Of a stretch of DNA of 64,000 bases, positions 30,348 to 40,791 are shown piece after piece. The first letter of the stretch is position 1. Each line of letters opens with the position of its first letter. The notes beneath the pieces are model-generated. The model saw nothing but the letters and a program-made list of their open reading frames with translations, had not been told where the DNA came from and did no database searches. Origin of the DNA: Leeuwenhoekiella sp. (GTDB taxonomy: Bacteria; Bacteroidota; Bacteroidia; Flavobacteriales; Flavobacteriaceae); assembly GCA_011050015.1 (NCBI GenBank), contig DRGP01000164.1, forward strand, positions 35,515 to 99,514, written 5' to 3'. The position numbers and the translations under genes are program-made.

Positions 30348-32135
30348 TTATTTTCTGGAGAAACTGACCAGTTTTCGGCGGTAAACGCTCAGTAATTTAG
30401 ATTTGGAGATAAAGCCATAATACTTACCATCTTTAATTACCGGCAAATTCCAGGCTGAACTTTCCTGAAACTTGCGCATTACGACCTTTGCGGTATCTTC
30501 TTCCAGATAAATATATTCTGGCGCGGCATGCATTAGATTTTTTACCAGCGTGGAGTCATATAAACTCGCGTCAAACATGATATCGCGTATGTCATCCAGC
30601 GTGATCACGCCCATGAGCTCATTGTCCTCATTGACCACGGGAAAGAGGTTACGCGCAGACTTGGCCACGGCATTTCGAGCCATATCACCCAATGTCATTT
30701 CGGGTTTTACGGCTACAAAATTGCGCTCTATCACATCGTTGAGGTTGAGCAGCGTAAGTACCGCCTGGTCTTTGTCGTGGGTAATAAGTTCGCCACGCAG
30801 CCCCAGTTCCATCCCATATACCGAATGCGGCAAAAAGTATTTGTTGATCCCGTACGCAATAGCCGCGGTGATCATAAGGGGAATAAAAAGACCGTAACCG
30901 CCGGTGATTTCCGCAATGAGGAATATCGCTGTGAGTGGAGCGTGAAGCACGCCGGCCAGCAGCCCGGTCATCCCTACAAGTGTAAAGTTACTTTCTGAAA
31001 CCTGATGGCCCAAGCCTATATTATTAAGGATTTTTGCCAGGCAATTGCCCATCACGCTGCCCATAAACAGAGTAGGTGCAAAGATACCGCCTATGCCACC
31101 ACCGGTAAAAGTGATCGCGGTGGCAAAAATTTTAAAGATTACAAGCCCGGCGAGTAATGCGATCACCACCCATATATTGTCCAGATAAAGACTAAAATAC
31201 GTTTCACCCAAAGCCTCTATATCATTACCGGCAAGCAGGTTGTTGATCATGTCAAAGCCCTCCCCGTAAAGCGGGGGGATAAAAAAGATCAACGTGCCCA
31301 GTGCAAGGCCTGAAAAAAGGAGGCGCTTCCAGGCAGAATCCCAACGGTTGAAGTATTTGAGCAACATAAAATATGCGTTGCTGAAATAAACGGAAACCAA
31401 ACCGGCAACGATACCCAATATTAAATAATAGGGAAAATCTGCTATGACAAAGGCATCCTTTAATGTAAACGGCAGGATAGTGTCTGAACCAAAAAAGAAA
31501 TAGGAGGTAAGAATCCCAGATAGGGAAGCCAGCAATAACGGCATAAGCGACATGAGCGTAAGATCAAGGCTAAAAACCTCTATGGCAAAGATAATGGCCG
31601 CAATGGGAGCCTTAAAGATACACGACATCGCTCCTGCAGCAGCACATCCCAGCAGCAGCATCCTATTGGCCTGGTTCATGTGGAAAATACGAGACAGATA
31701 GGAGCTAAAGGCCGCTCCGGTAACGACCGTAGGGCTCTCCAAACCTACAGACCCACCAAAACCCACAGTGATGGGAGAGGTGATGGCAGAGGCAAATATC
31801 TGGTAGCGTCTTAAAATGCCCTGTCTTCTGGAAATTGCTGCGAGTGTTGTGGGCACCCCGTGATTTACGGGCTGACGTATGATAAACTTGACGATACCCA
31901 TAGAAAGTATAAGGCCTATTACAGGAAAGACAAAGTAGAATCCATAATAGTAATTGCCCACGATCTTACCTTCTAGCAAATCTTGAATAAGAAAGGTAAG
32001 GTTTTTAATGAGAACGGCTCCCAGCCCGGCCGCCAGCCCAGTAATGATGCTAAGAATGTAGATAAATGTTGTAGCCGAGATATTCTTGTATCTCCAACTA
32101 TGAAAACGGTGCAGAAGTGGTTTTTTACCAGACAT
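30348..32135 (-). CDS. ClC chloride channel/antiporter with CBS domains
   Basis: GGSVGLESP, GGIFAP, two C-terminal CBS domains. Confidence 0.93.
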   Translation of the reverse strand: MSGKKPLLHRFHSWRYKNISATTFIYILSIITGLAAGLGAVLIKNLTFLIQDLLEGKIVGNYYYGFYFVFPVIGLILSMGIVKFIIRQPVNHGVPTTLAAISRRQGILRRYQIFASAITSPITVGFGGSVGLESPTVVTGAAFSSYLSRIFHMNQANRMLLLGCAAAGAMSCIFKAPIAAIIFAIEVFSLDLTLMSLMPLLLASLSGILTSYFFFGSDTILPFTLKDAFVIADFPYYLILGIVAGLVSVYFSNAYFMLLKYFNRWDSAWKRLLFSGLALGTLIFFIPPLYGEGFDMINNLLAGNDIEALGETYFSLYLDNIWVVIALLAGLVIFKIFATAITFTGGGIGGIFAPTLFMGSVMGNCLAKILNNIGLGHQVSESNFTLVGMTGLLAGVLHAPLTAIFLIAEITGGYGLFIPLMITAAIAYGINKYFLPHSVYGMELGLRGELITHDKDQAVLTLLNLNDVIERNFVAVKPEMTLGDMARNAVAKSARNLFPVVNEDNELMGVITLDDIRDIMFDASLYDSTLVKNLMHAAPEYIYLEEDTAKVVMRKFQESSAWNLPVIKDGKYYGFISKSKLLSVYRRKLVSFSRK

Positions 32136-32235
32136 GTGCTTTTTTATTTTGACGCTTCAAAATTAAGGGGTTCTAGCAGTTATATTAAATGTTTTTACCA
32201 GTATTTCGATAATTTATATACGATGCCAAGAACTT

Positions 32236-32263
32236 AAAAAACCCGCTTTTTTGGCGGGTTTTT
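32236..32263. terminator. Intrinsic terminator
   Basis: AAAAACCCGC-TTTTTTG-GCGGGTTTTT. Confidence 0.8.
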
Positions 32264-32282
32264 GATATAAAAAAGCTAATTT

Positions 32283-32693
32283 TTAGCAATGTTCATTAAA
32301 GGCGTCTGCAAGATTTTCTGCAATCATTTCTGCAGGGCGGCCTTCAATGTGGTGACGCTCTAACATGTGTACAAGTTCACCGTCTTTAAACAAAGCCATA
32401 GAAGGTGAAGAAGGAGGAAAGGGCACCATAAAATTACGTGCTAAATCTGTCGCTTCGCGGTCTACACCGGCAAATACGGTATATAAATTATCTGGCGTTT
32501 TTGCGTTTTGAAGCGCCATTCGTGCGCCGGGACGTGCATTTGCCGCTGCACAACCACAAACCGAATTGACCACCACTAGGGAGGTTCCTTCTTTTTTCAT
32601 GGCTGCCTCTACGTCTGCTGTTGTATGTAATTCGGTGAAGCCTACCTCAGTAAGGTCTTCCCGCATGGGTTTTACTAATTCTGCTGGATACAT
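32283..32693 (-). CDS. BrxA/BrxB family bacilliredoxin
   Basis: VNSVCGCAAANARP, TVFAG, PPSSPSMALFKDG. Confidence 0.95.
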   Translation of the reverse strand: MYPAELVKPMREDLTEVGFTELHTTADVEAAMKKEGTSLVVVNSVCGCAAANARPGARMALQNAKTPDNLYTVFAGVDREATDLARNFMVPFPPSSPSMALFKDGELVHMLERHHIEGRPAEMIAENLADAFNEHC

Positions 32694-33026
32694 AATATCT
32701 ATATTTATAATTGATGCAAAGTTACAAAATTATAGTCGGTATCGGCTTTACTTGCTTACTAGCTTTTTGCAACTTCTTTCGTTGAAGTTTTTCGGAGGGA
32801 CAAAAGTAGTATTTGGCTGTATTTCAGAGGGGGCGGCATAACAAAATGAATTTCCCCATCCTATGGAAATTCGACCTAAAACCTGAAAAAATGGTTCTAA
32901 AACAAGATTATTTCCAATTATCTCCGTACTTCACGCCAAACACTTTATTTTTGCAACCTCTTTTCCGCACCTTTTTATAAAAAAGTCAGCGTACGAAGAT
33001 GATTATAAATTTATAAAATACAGAAT

Positions 33027-33767
33027 ATGGTTAAATGGCTGGGTGCCATAGCAGGATTTGCATACCGGGGGATCATAGGGGCCATAGGAGGTTATCTTAT
33101 TGGTTCGCTTATAGACAGTATGTTTTTCAGCAAAAAAACAAGCGGGGGCACCGGTAATATCTTTACGCAACAGGGGCAAACAGTTTCTCCTGGTGACTTT
33201 GAGCTTAACTTGCTGTCGCTGTGCTCTATCGTGATCAAAGCCGATGGGAGCGTGAGCCAGCGCGAGCTTGATTATGTGCGGCGCTATTTTGTGCAATCGT
33301 ATGGTAAAGAACGGGCTAATGCCACGTTTCGCACGTTTAACGATGTCATCAAGAACAGGGAGGTTAACGCGCAACGCGTCTGTGAGTACCTTGTGCAGCG
33401 TACCCGTCGTGAGGTAAGGCTACAAATTGTGCATTTTCTTTTTGGTATTGCCCAGGCAGACGGTAGGGTTTCTGAAGCTGAGGTAAACCAGATTGCACAA
33501 ATCGCGGGTTACCTGCGGTTGAGCCGTGGTGAGTTTGAGAGCCTCAAGGCCATGTTCTTTAAAAGTGCTGAGAGCGCCTATACGATTCTTGAGCTAGATA
33601 AGGGAGCAACCGATGCTGAAGTGAAAAAAGCATATCGCGAAATGGCTAAAAAATATCATCCTGATAAACTACAGCATATGGATGAAGCCTACCGCCAGGG
33701 GGCGGAAGAAAAATTTAAGAACGTGCAGGAAGCCTATGAGACCATTCAGAAAGAACGGGGTATGTAG
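33027..33767 (+). CDS. DjlA-like protein (TM anchor, TerB domain, C-terminal J domain)
   Basis: Gly-rich TM, KADGSVSQRE/ADGRVSEAE, KKYHPDK. Confidence 0.92.
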   Translation: MVKWLGAIAGFAYRGIIGAIGGYLIGSLIDSMFFSKKTSGGTGNIFTQQGQTVSPGDFELNLLSLCSIVIKADGSVSQRELDYVRRYFVQSYGKERANATFRTFNDVIKNREVNAQRVCEYLVQRTRREVRLQIVHFLFGIAQADGRVSEAEVNQIAQIAGYLRLSRGEFESLKAMFFKSAESAYTILELDKGATDAEVKKAYREMAKKYHPDKLQHMDEAYRQGAEEKFKNVQEAYETIQKERGM

Positions 33768-34026
33768 CCTTGTCTTGGTTAGAACAATATAAAATAGGCT
33801 TTCGCTATGAGGATAATCTTCAAATAAAACCATTCTTGGCCTATAACACACAATATCACGTCTTTCTTACGTTATCTGTAACATAAAAAAGTAGAATAGA
33901 AAGCCTCGCAGTATTTTATAATGTATACTGTTATGTAGATTCAATTATAAAAAAATCCTTAATTTGCGCCTTTCTATCCACAAACTACACATTTGTGGAA
34001 AAAGTTTACTCCAAATCGTGCTATTG

Positions 34027-37000
34027 ATGCAAAACTATAATGTCGTAAATCAGCAGATCGGTGCCTTGAAATTTTTCTTCATGGTCCTGTTTTTTTTGTC
34101 TTCTATACAGGGATTTTCTCAAACCGTAAGTGTAAACAATTCACAAAGTGCAGAAAGTTTGGTAGAGATGCTGCTTAACGATGCTTGTGCTGAGGTGTCT
34201 AACAGTTCCTCATCTTCTGTAGAGGCAACGGGCTCTTTTAGTAACAATGGCGGGGCATTTCCCATAGCAGATGGGGTGATTATACGCACCGGTAATGCGG
34301 GGTTTACATCAGGGGGTTATACAGGTGATAATATTGATAGTGAACTCAATACTGATTCTGATGTGTTTTTGCAGGACCTTCTAGACCGCTCTGGGCGTGA
34401 TGCCATAATAGAAGAGACTGCATTTCTTGAATTTAATTTTGTACCGGTATCTAATTTTTTAAGCTTTGACTTTTTATTGGCCTCTAATGAATACGGGGCA
34501 GAACAATGCAATTCCAGTGATGTGCTGGCCTTTGTGCTTACAGATTTGCAGACCGGCACAGAAACGAACCTAGGGGTATTACCTGGCGGAAATACACCGG
34601 TTTCTGTTCAGAATATAAAAGATAATACGTATAATCCGGTTTGTCCTTCGACAAATGCAGATTTGTTTGCCAGTTATGAAGTAGAAAATACCCAATCTAC
34701 GGTAAATATGAGAGGCTATACCTCTGTGCTTACCGCGGCGAGTTCCAGTTTGGTACCGGGACGTGAATACAAAATGCGCATTGTTATAGGTGACGCCAAT
34801 GATTCAAGATTTGACTCCGCTATATTTCTTTCGGCCGGAAGTTTCGACACCGGTGTAAACCTTGGCCCAGATTTTAGTCTTTGTGGCGGTGACGGTACGG
34901 TATTAGAATCTGGTCTTACCGGTAACGGTTATACGTTTAGGTGGTTTAAGGATGATGTGGTTATTGGCGGTCAGAACGGTAATACATTGGCAATTGGAGA
35001 ATCTGGAACATATAGAGTTGAAGTTACCCGTAGCGATAGTAATTGCCTTCTGGAAGACGAGATCGTGGTAAGCGATCTTAATGTAACGCAACCACAAGAT
35101 CTTAGCGCTTGCTATAGCAATAATGGCAATGGTAATTTTGACCTGACGGAAAATGACGCTGCAGCGTTGGGGATTACCGACGAAGGATATGATATACTGT
35201 ACTACGAATCACAAAATGCGGTGAATAATGGGAATCCGCTTCCAACTAACCAACTTACTGCCTACACGAGTACAGGAAATCAGAACATATTCATTAAACT
35301 TCGCAATACCGAAACCGGGATTTTTTGCGACGCCCAGTACACCTTTCAATTAAATGTATCAGAACCAATCAATGTTCAGGCTCCCGCCCCTATTGATATA
35401 TGTGTACTTCCCGGTGAGGATGGTATGGTAGATCTTAGTGCCAGTATGCCTGTTTTTTCGGGCGGAGAAGATCCTGCAGATTATGAAGTGACCTATTATA
35501 GTGCACGCCGCAATGCACAAGATGCTTCAGACCCTATAGATATTACCGTTCCTTATACGGTACCACAAGGGACCACCACACGGACTATATATATAAGGGT
35601 CGCACTTACGGCTCAGCCAGCCTGCTATGAGGTTATCAGTTTTCCCATTCGTGTGGGCGATCTTCCCCTCGTTGAAGAGATTGAGGATGTTGTGGCCTGT
35701 GGCAGTTACACCTTGCCTCCTCTTACCAATGGGAATTATTTCTCCCAGCCTGGCGGACAGGGCACGCTGCTTAATGCAGGTGATGTACTCGATGTTGAGT
35801 TTACACAGACCATCTATATATATAATGAGTCCGCAGATGGTTGCCCCAGTGCGCCATCCAGTTTTACTGTGACCCTTCCAGATAAGTTTATACTCGAAAA
35901 TACCAGCGGGTGTGAATCTAAATATACCCTTCCCGCACTGCCCCAAGATGCTGGCGCTTTTTATACCCAGCCCGGTGGAGGTGGTAATATGTTTGTGAAA
36001 GGAGCAGCACTGAGTAGGTCACAGACCATTTATTACTATGCGGAAGTGAACGGCTCGATATGTGTTGATACATCTTTTGATGTAGAGCTAGACCCTTTGC
36101 CAGCGGTAGATGATCCTGATGATGAAATCGTTTGTGTATCTTATGAACTGCCACCACTTACTGATGGAATCTACAATACTCAAGCCAATGGGCAGGGAAC
36201 AACTTTAGCCGAGGGAACCATAATAGAAAGTACACAGACCATTTACACGTTTGCACAAGATGACAATTGTTCTAACCAAAAGGCGCTTAATATATTTATC
36301 GTCCCAACATACGATTATTTTGCTGATCCTGATGGACAAGGTCTTTCCGTATGTGGATCATTTGATTTACCAGAAATAACAAAAGGAGCCTATTATACGC
36401 AAGCATTAGGTCAGGGGGATACAATACCCAGGAATGAAACCCTTCTACAATCACAGACGGTTTATTACTTTGTACAAACAACAACGGGGCCTAATTGTAC
36501 TAATGATCTATCCTTTGATGTTGAGGTTAAACCTATACCTGAGGTTGATTCTTTAGATAATCTAATTCTTTGTGCAGGTGAAACTTTTACCCTTCCGGAG
36601 CTGGATAATGGGCAATATTTTACAGCGCCTAACCGTGGAGGCGCACAATTAGCCGCTGGTGATGTGATAGGGGAGACCCAAACCATTTATATCAGCAATT
36701 TGGTAAACGGTTGTGAAAGTGACCCCAGTGAATTTACAGTCACCATCAGACCGCTGCCCCCACTTGATAATTTCGTTTCCATCTACGCGTGCGATGTGTA
36801 TGAACTTCCGGTTTTAGATAATGGCAGCTACTATACAGAGACCGGAGGGCCCAATGGATTAGGAGAAGAATTGGATGCAGGGACACTCATTGATACTACA
36901 ACTACGCTTTACTTGTATAATCGCTATGACGACCTGACCTATTGCGAGAATGAACGTGAATTCACTATAAATATCCTGGGCGTTGAGGTGGGCGAGTTTG

Positions 37001-38184
37001 ATGATGTCACCGCTTGTGATGCTTATATATTGCCGGAACTTGCTAATGGCGATTACTACAGTGCGCCAAGGGGTAGGGGAAGGCAGCTTAACGCCGGTGA
37101 TCGAATTGTAGAAACGCAGCAGCTCTATGTCTATTCCCGTAAAGGGACCCGCTTCATTTGTGAAGATGAGGCCACTTTTACGGTGACCATTTCTGAAACC
37201 CCATTTATTGAACCTACCAATGATGTAGAACAGTGCGGTAGTTATACGCTACCTACATTAGATCAGACCGAATTTAATTTTGGTTATTACCGATCACCCA
37301 ATGGGCAGGATCCCATTTCACCTTCAGAATATCTCTTAGACCAGCCAGGCACGTATGCAATCTACCGTTATGCTACTGCAAAAAATAACACGGCCTGTTT
37401 TGATGAAGATATCTTTCTGGTCACCATCTATCCACTATTGGATTTTAGCGTAGCGGGAGGTACGATTTGTACAGATGCCATGACCGGGGAGGTACTCCAG
37501 CCCATTACGCTTGAGTCGGGCCTTGATCCGGCTGAGTTTGAGGTAAGCTGGACACTTAACGGTGAAGTTGTAGATGTGGGCTCTACCCATGAGGCCACCG
37601 CTGCCGGTATTTATACTGTGACTACAGAAAAGCTCAATCCCGAGGTAGGCGCGGCCTGTAATTACAATGCCACGACTGTAGAGGTTTTGGCATCCAGTCA
37701 GCCCAATATTGAAGCAGAGGTCAATCAACCGTTTGCAGATGTCTCTGTAGTTACGGTCAGGGTAGTAAATGGTGATGGGGATTATGAATACCAGATAGAC
37801 GGTGGTGAATTTCAGTCGAGCAATGAGTTTTATGATGTACAATCTGGTACACATGAAGTTACCGCACGAGGAATTACGGGCAATTGCGACGCAACAACCA
37901 TTATTGTAAATGTAATCAATTATCAAAAATTCTTTACACCAAATGCGGATGGGTATAACGATGTGTGGAATATAGATTCCCTACAGGATTATCAGGATGC
38001 GCAGATCCTCATTTTTGACCGTTATGGTAAACTACTCAAAACCATCTTCCCTAAAGGAAATGGCTGGGATGGCACTTTCCGCGGGGAAAACATGCCTTCT
38101 GATGACTACTGGTTTAAGGTGAGTTTTGTAGATGAAGAAGGAATGCCGGTAGAATTTAAGGCTCATTTTACGTTGAAAAGATAG
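34027..38184 (+). CDS. T9SS type B CTD adhesin-like protein with N-terminal choice-of-anchor-L-like domain and about 8 Cys-containing repeats
   Basis: LEFNFVP..FLLASNEY, IGDANDSRFDSAIF; repeats CxxYxLPxLxxGxY; CTD FFTPNADGYNDVW..IFDRYGK..WDG..DDYWF..HFTLKR; start 34027 or 34081. Confidence 0.92.
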   Translation: MQNYNVVNQQIGALKFFFMVLFFLSSIQGFSQTVSVNNSQSAESLVEMLLNDACAEVSNSSSSSVEATGSFSNNGGAFPIADGVIIRTGNAGFTSGGYTGDNIDSELNTDSDVFLQDLLDRSGRDAIIEETAFLEFNFVPVSNFLSFDFLLASNEYGAEQCNSSDVLAFVLTDLQTGTETNLGVLPGGNTPVSVQNIKDNTYNPVCPSTNADLFASYEVENTQSTVNMRGYTSVLTAASSSLVPGREYKMRIVIGDANDSRFDSAIFLSAGSFDTGVNLGPDFSLCGGDGTVLESGLTGNGYTFRWFKDDVVIGGQNGNTLAIGESGTYRVEVTRSDSNCLLEDEIVVSDLNVTQPQDLSACYSNNGNGNFDLTENDAAALGITDEGYDILYYESQNAVNNGNPLPTNQLTAYTSTGNQNIFIKLRNTETGIFCDAQYTFQLNVSEPINVQAPAPIDICVLPGEDGMVDLSASMPVFSGGEDPADYEVTYYSARRNAQDASDPIDITVPYTVPQGTTTRTIYIRVALTAQPACYEVISFPIRVGDLPLVEEIEDVVACGSYTLPPLTNGNYFSQPGGQGTLLNAGDVLDVEFTQTIYIYNESADGCPSAPSSFTVTLPDKFILENTSGCESKYTLPALPQDAGAFYTQPGGGGNMFVKGAALSRSQTIYYYAEVNGSICVDTSFDVELDPLPAVDDPDDEIVCVSYELPPLTDGIYNTQANGQGTTLAEGTIIESTQTIYTFAQDDNCSNQKALNIFIVPTYDYFADPDGQGLSVCGSFDLPEITKGAYYTQALGQGDTIPRNETLLQSQTVYYFVQTTTGPNCTNDLSFDVEVKPIPEVDSLDNLILCAGETFTLPELDNGQYFTAPNRGGAQLAAGDVIGETQTIYISNLVNGCESDPSEFTVTIRPLPPLDNFVSIYACDVYELPVLDNGSYYTETGGPNGLGEELDAGTLIDTTTTLYLYNRYDDLTYCENEREFTINILGVEVGEFDDVTACDAYILPELANGDYYSAPRGRGRQLNAGDRIVETQQLYVYSRKGTRFICEDEATFTVTISETPFIEPTNDVEQCGSYTLPTLDQTEFNFGYYRSPNGQDPISPSEYLLDQPGTYAIYRYATAKNNTACFDEDIFLVTIYPLLDFSVAGGTICTDAMTGEVLQPITLESGLDPAEFEVSWTLNGEVVDVGSTHEATAAGIYTVTTEKLNPEVGAACNYNATTVEVLASSQPNIEAEVNQPFADVSVVTVRVVNGDGDYEYQIDGGEFQSSNEFYDVQSGTHEVTARGITGNCDATTIIVNVINYQKFFTPNADGYNDVWNIDSLQDYQDAQILIFDRYGKLLKTIFPKGNGWDGTFRGENMPSDDYWFKVSFVDEEGMPVEFKAHFTLKR

Positions 38185-38199
38185 GTAGAAGCTGATTTT

Positions 38200-39360
38200 T
38201 CACTTATTTTGAGCGTTTTTTAGATAAAAAAAAGCCTTTATAAACTCCTTTTTAGGCAGGCTCCAGATGATTTTAAAATCTTCCGTTAGACTGCTTTCTC
38301 CATCTAAAAACCTAAAAATACGATCGGTTGGATTGTTTTTGAACATCGCCTCAAAAATATGACTTCCTTGTTCATTTTTACGATAGAGTACGTCTAGAAA
38401 AAGCCTATCATACCAGCGGTAGCGGTCGCCTATTTTCCAAATTCTAAAGTCATCATTTTCCTTTAAGAAATCAATCAATTCTGCATTTCGCTTATGCGTA
38501 TAACTAAAGGTAAAACCCGTACTGGCGCGCGTCCATCCGCCCGCTGTGCCTATGTTTACTACGTGCTTTGTATTCCTCTTTTCAAAAGGGAAAACGGTCA
38601 TAGGGATACAGCCTCGCTCTTTTTCGGTAACAGTGTATTTTTCAATTTTATGGTCTTTTAAGTAGTTTTTGATGCCATTTTCATAGATTTCCGTAGGTAA
38701 TAAATCTTCCGAAAAAAGCGTGTATTCCACCAGCGCTTCAGTGGGTGAGGTAGGAAGAACATACATAAAACGGGTATTTCCACGCTGCGGAATGCTAAAA
38801 TCCATAAAAATCGCTGTTTTAGGGTCAAAAACGGGTTTTTCAGTGCTAATAAACCAGCCAATAAAATGCTGGTTCAACACGATATGTTTTCGTTGATTTT
38901 TCAAAACCTCTGCGGGGAGAATACTGTTAAAGAGCTTTTTTGCGGTATAATGTTGCGATGTGGTACGCACCGCAACACCCGTAGCGGTTTCTTCATAATC
39001 CTCCACCGCTTCCACCTTAAAAGTAACCTGATCGCTTTTTTGCAAACGGCTTAAACAGAAATCATAATAATCTGAGGCATTGATCTTATTGTAAGCATAA
39101 GGACTAATCGGGATTTCCCGTTCAAAATCGGTGCTTTTAAACCCGATTTTAGGCCATTTTTTACTGATTATTGGCTCCCATTCACTGGCGCCGCGATGCC
39201 AGAAACACCAGGTACGGTCGTTTTCGGTTTTTCCCTGCTTGTCGAGCAACAGGATTTTTTTATCTTGAAAAAAAGGATCTTCGGTTATTTTAAGAGCAAG
39301 GCCAAGGCCCGACAGTCCGGCTCCCAGAATGATGTAATCATAAAACGATTCTTGAGCCAT
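38200..39360 (-). CDS. Lycopene cyclase family flavoprotein
   Basis: YDYIILGAGLSG, NDRTWCFW, LVEYTLFS, EKERGCIPM, IGTAGGWTRASTGF; start ATG 39360. Confidence 0.88.
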   Translation of the reverse strand: MAQESFYDYIILGAGLSGLGLALKITEDPFFQDKKILLLDKQGKTENDRTWCFWHRGASEWEPIISKKWPKIGFKSTDFEREIPISPYAYNKINASDYYDFCLSRLQKSDQVTFKVEAVEDYEETATGVAVRTTSQHYTAKKLFNSILPAEVLKNQRKHIVLNQHFIGWFISTEKPVFDPKTAIFMDFSIPQRGNTRFMYVLPTSPTEALVEYTLFSEDLLPTEIYENGIKNYLKDHKIEKYTVTEKERGCIPMTVFPFEKRNTKHVVNIGTAGGWTRASTGFTFSYTHKRNAELIDFLKENDDFRIWKIGDRYRWYDRLFLDVLYRKNEQGSHIFEAMFKNNPTDRIFRFLDGESSLTEDFKIIWSLPKKEFIKAFFYLKNAQNK

Positions 39361-39519
39361 GTTTTTTTTTGATGTCCGTACCCGAATTTCAAACCTGTTT
39401 TTCACTGATTTTGATTCAGAATGCACTGTTCTTATTCGGTAACGTTAAATTTAATATATAAACCCTATTAGCGCGTAATGCTTATTTAGTTTTGCCATCC
39501 AAACTTAACGATAAAAGCC

Positions 39520-40305
39520 ATGATGAAAAAATCAATATTTTTTGCGGTAGCGCTACTTTGCGGCGCAAGCCTTTTTGCCCAGGAACAGGAAACTGAAAAT
39601 CCAATTAGTGCCGAAAGACCCGGTGCGGGGAGTGGTACCTCAGTGCTCGCAAAAAAGGTTTTTCAGATAGAAACCGGGGCGCAATATCAAGAATTTGAAT
39701 TTGGCAACGTCAAGCAAAAATACTGGACGTATAATACAACACTTTTGCGCTACGGACTTTTGGATAATTTTGAAATACGTCTTTCCTGGGATGCGCAAGA
39801 AATTAAAACAGAAGTTTCGGGTAATGAAATTAACGATGTAATGGCCGGTTTTACGCCACTTACAGCCGGTTTTAAAATAGGAATCGTGGAAGAAAAGGGA
39901 ATTCTGCCTCAAATGGCTTTTATAGGAAATCTATTTCTCCCTTTTGCTGCTGCTACTGATTTTAAATCCGAAAATACCGGTGGGCAGATGTTGCTCACGT
40001 TTTCCAATACGTTAGATGCGCAGTCTGGAATCACTTATAACCTGGGCGCACAGTGGAGTGGCGATTCTTCTGAGCTTTCGTATGTATATGCCTTTTCTTA
40101 CGGCCGGTCGCTGGTGGGTGATCTCTCGGGTTTTGCAGAGGTTTATGGTACACTTCCCGAAGATAATCAAGGACAAAATTCGTGGGATGCCGGTCTTTCT
40201 TACTTAATAAGTAACGATTTTCAAGTAGATGCCAGCGCCGGAACCGGTTTTGATACTGACCAGAATTTCTTTGTAAATGCTGGGGTGAGCTACCGGTTTA
40301 ATTGA
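39520..40305 (+). CDS. Outer-membrane beta-barrel channel (MetA-pathway/'transporter' family)
   Basis: Signal peptide, ERPG, FQIETG, LLRYGL, C-terminal GVSYRFN. Confidence 0.82.
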   Translation: MMKKSIFFAVALLCGASLFAQEQETENPISAERPGAGSGTSVLAKKVFQIETGAQYQEFEFGNVKQKYWTYNTTLLRYGLLDNFEIRLSWDAQEIKTEVSGNEINDVMAGFTPLTAGFKIGIVEEKGILPQMAFIGNLFLPFAAATDFKSENTGGQMLLTFSNTLDAQSGITYNLGAQWSGDSSELSYVYAFSYGRSLVGDLSGFAEVYGTLPEDNQGQNSWDAGLSYLISNDFQVDASAGTGFDTDQNFFVNAGVSYRFN

Positions 40306-40781
40306 TCTGAATTTAATATGGCCAACAGTTGCGCAGAGGTGTAATATTCAAAAACACGTGTTGTAACGGTAAACTGCTCATCTAGAAATAGCGTAGCGGG
40401 TAGGCTAAAGGCTTTCCCTTTTCGCGAGGCCAACAATAATGGCAGCTCGTGTACGCCATTTCTTTTTGTTTGGGCTTGCTCATTAATAAAAGCCATACCC
40501 TCAAAGTAGATGGTATCTTTGCTTTCTGCATTCATTTTTAGTGCGTAGTACGCTGCATTTATTTTTTCAATGACCTGTTTTTTTGTAAAGACGTCGCGCT
40601 CTATTTTTTTGCAGTACGCGCACCAGCCTGCTTCAAAAAACAGAAATACAGGTTTGGGTTTTTCCTTTAGGGCTTGCTCAAGTTGGCCCCAGCTTTTCCA
40701 AGCGATGCCCACTTTTTTTTGCGCTTGCGCGGAAAGCATTCCGAAGAAAAACAAGAACAGGAATATGGAGTTAGTTTTCAT
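40290..40781 (-). CDS. Exported thioredoxin-fold protein
   Basis: Signal peptide, FEAGWCAYCKK, SLPAT; ATG 40781 is 10 nt after the receptor stop. Confidence 0.9.
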   Translation of the reverse strand: MKTNSIFLFLFFFGMLSAQAQKKVGIAWKSWGQLEQALKEKPKPVFLFFEAGWCAYCKKIERDVFTKKQVIEKINAAYYALKMNAESKDTIYFEGMAFINEQAQTKRNGVHELPLLLASRKGKAFSLPATLFLDEQFTVTTRVFEYYTSAQLLAILNSDQLNR

Positions 40782-40791
40782 GAGAAATAGT

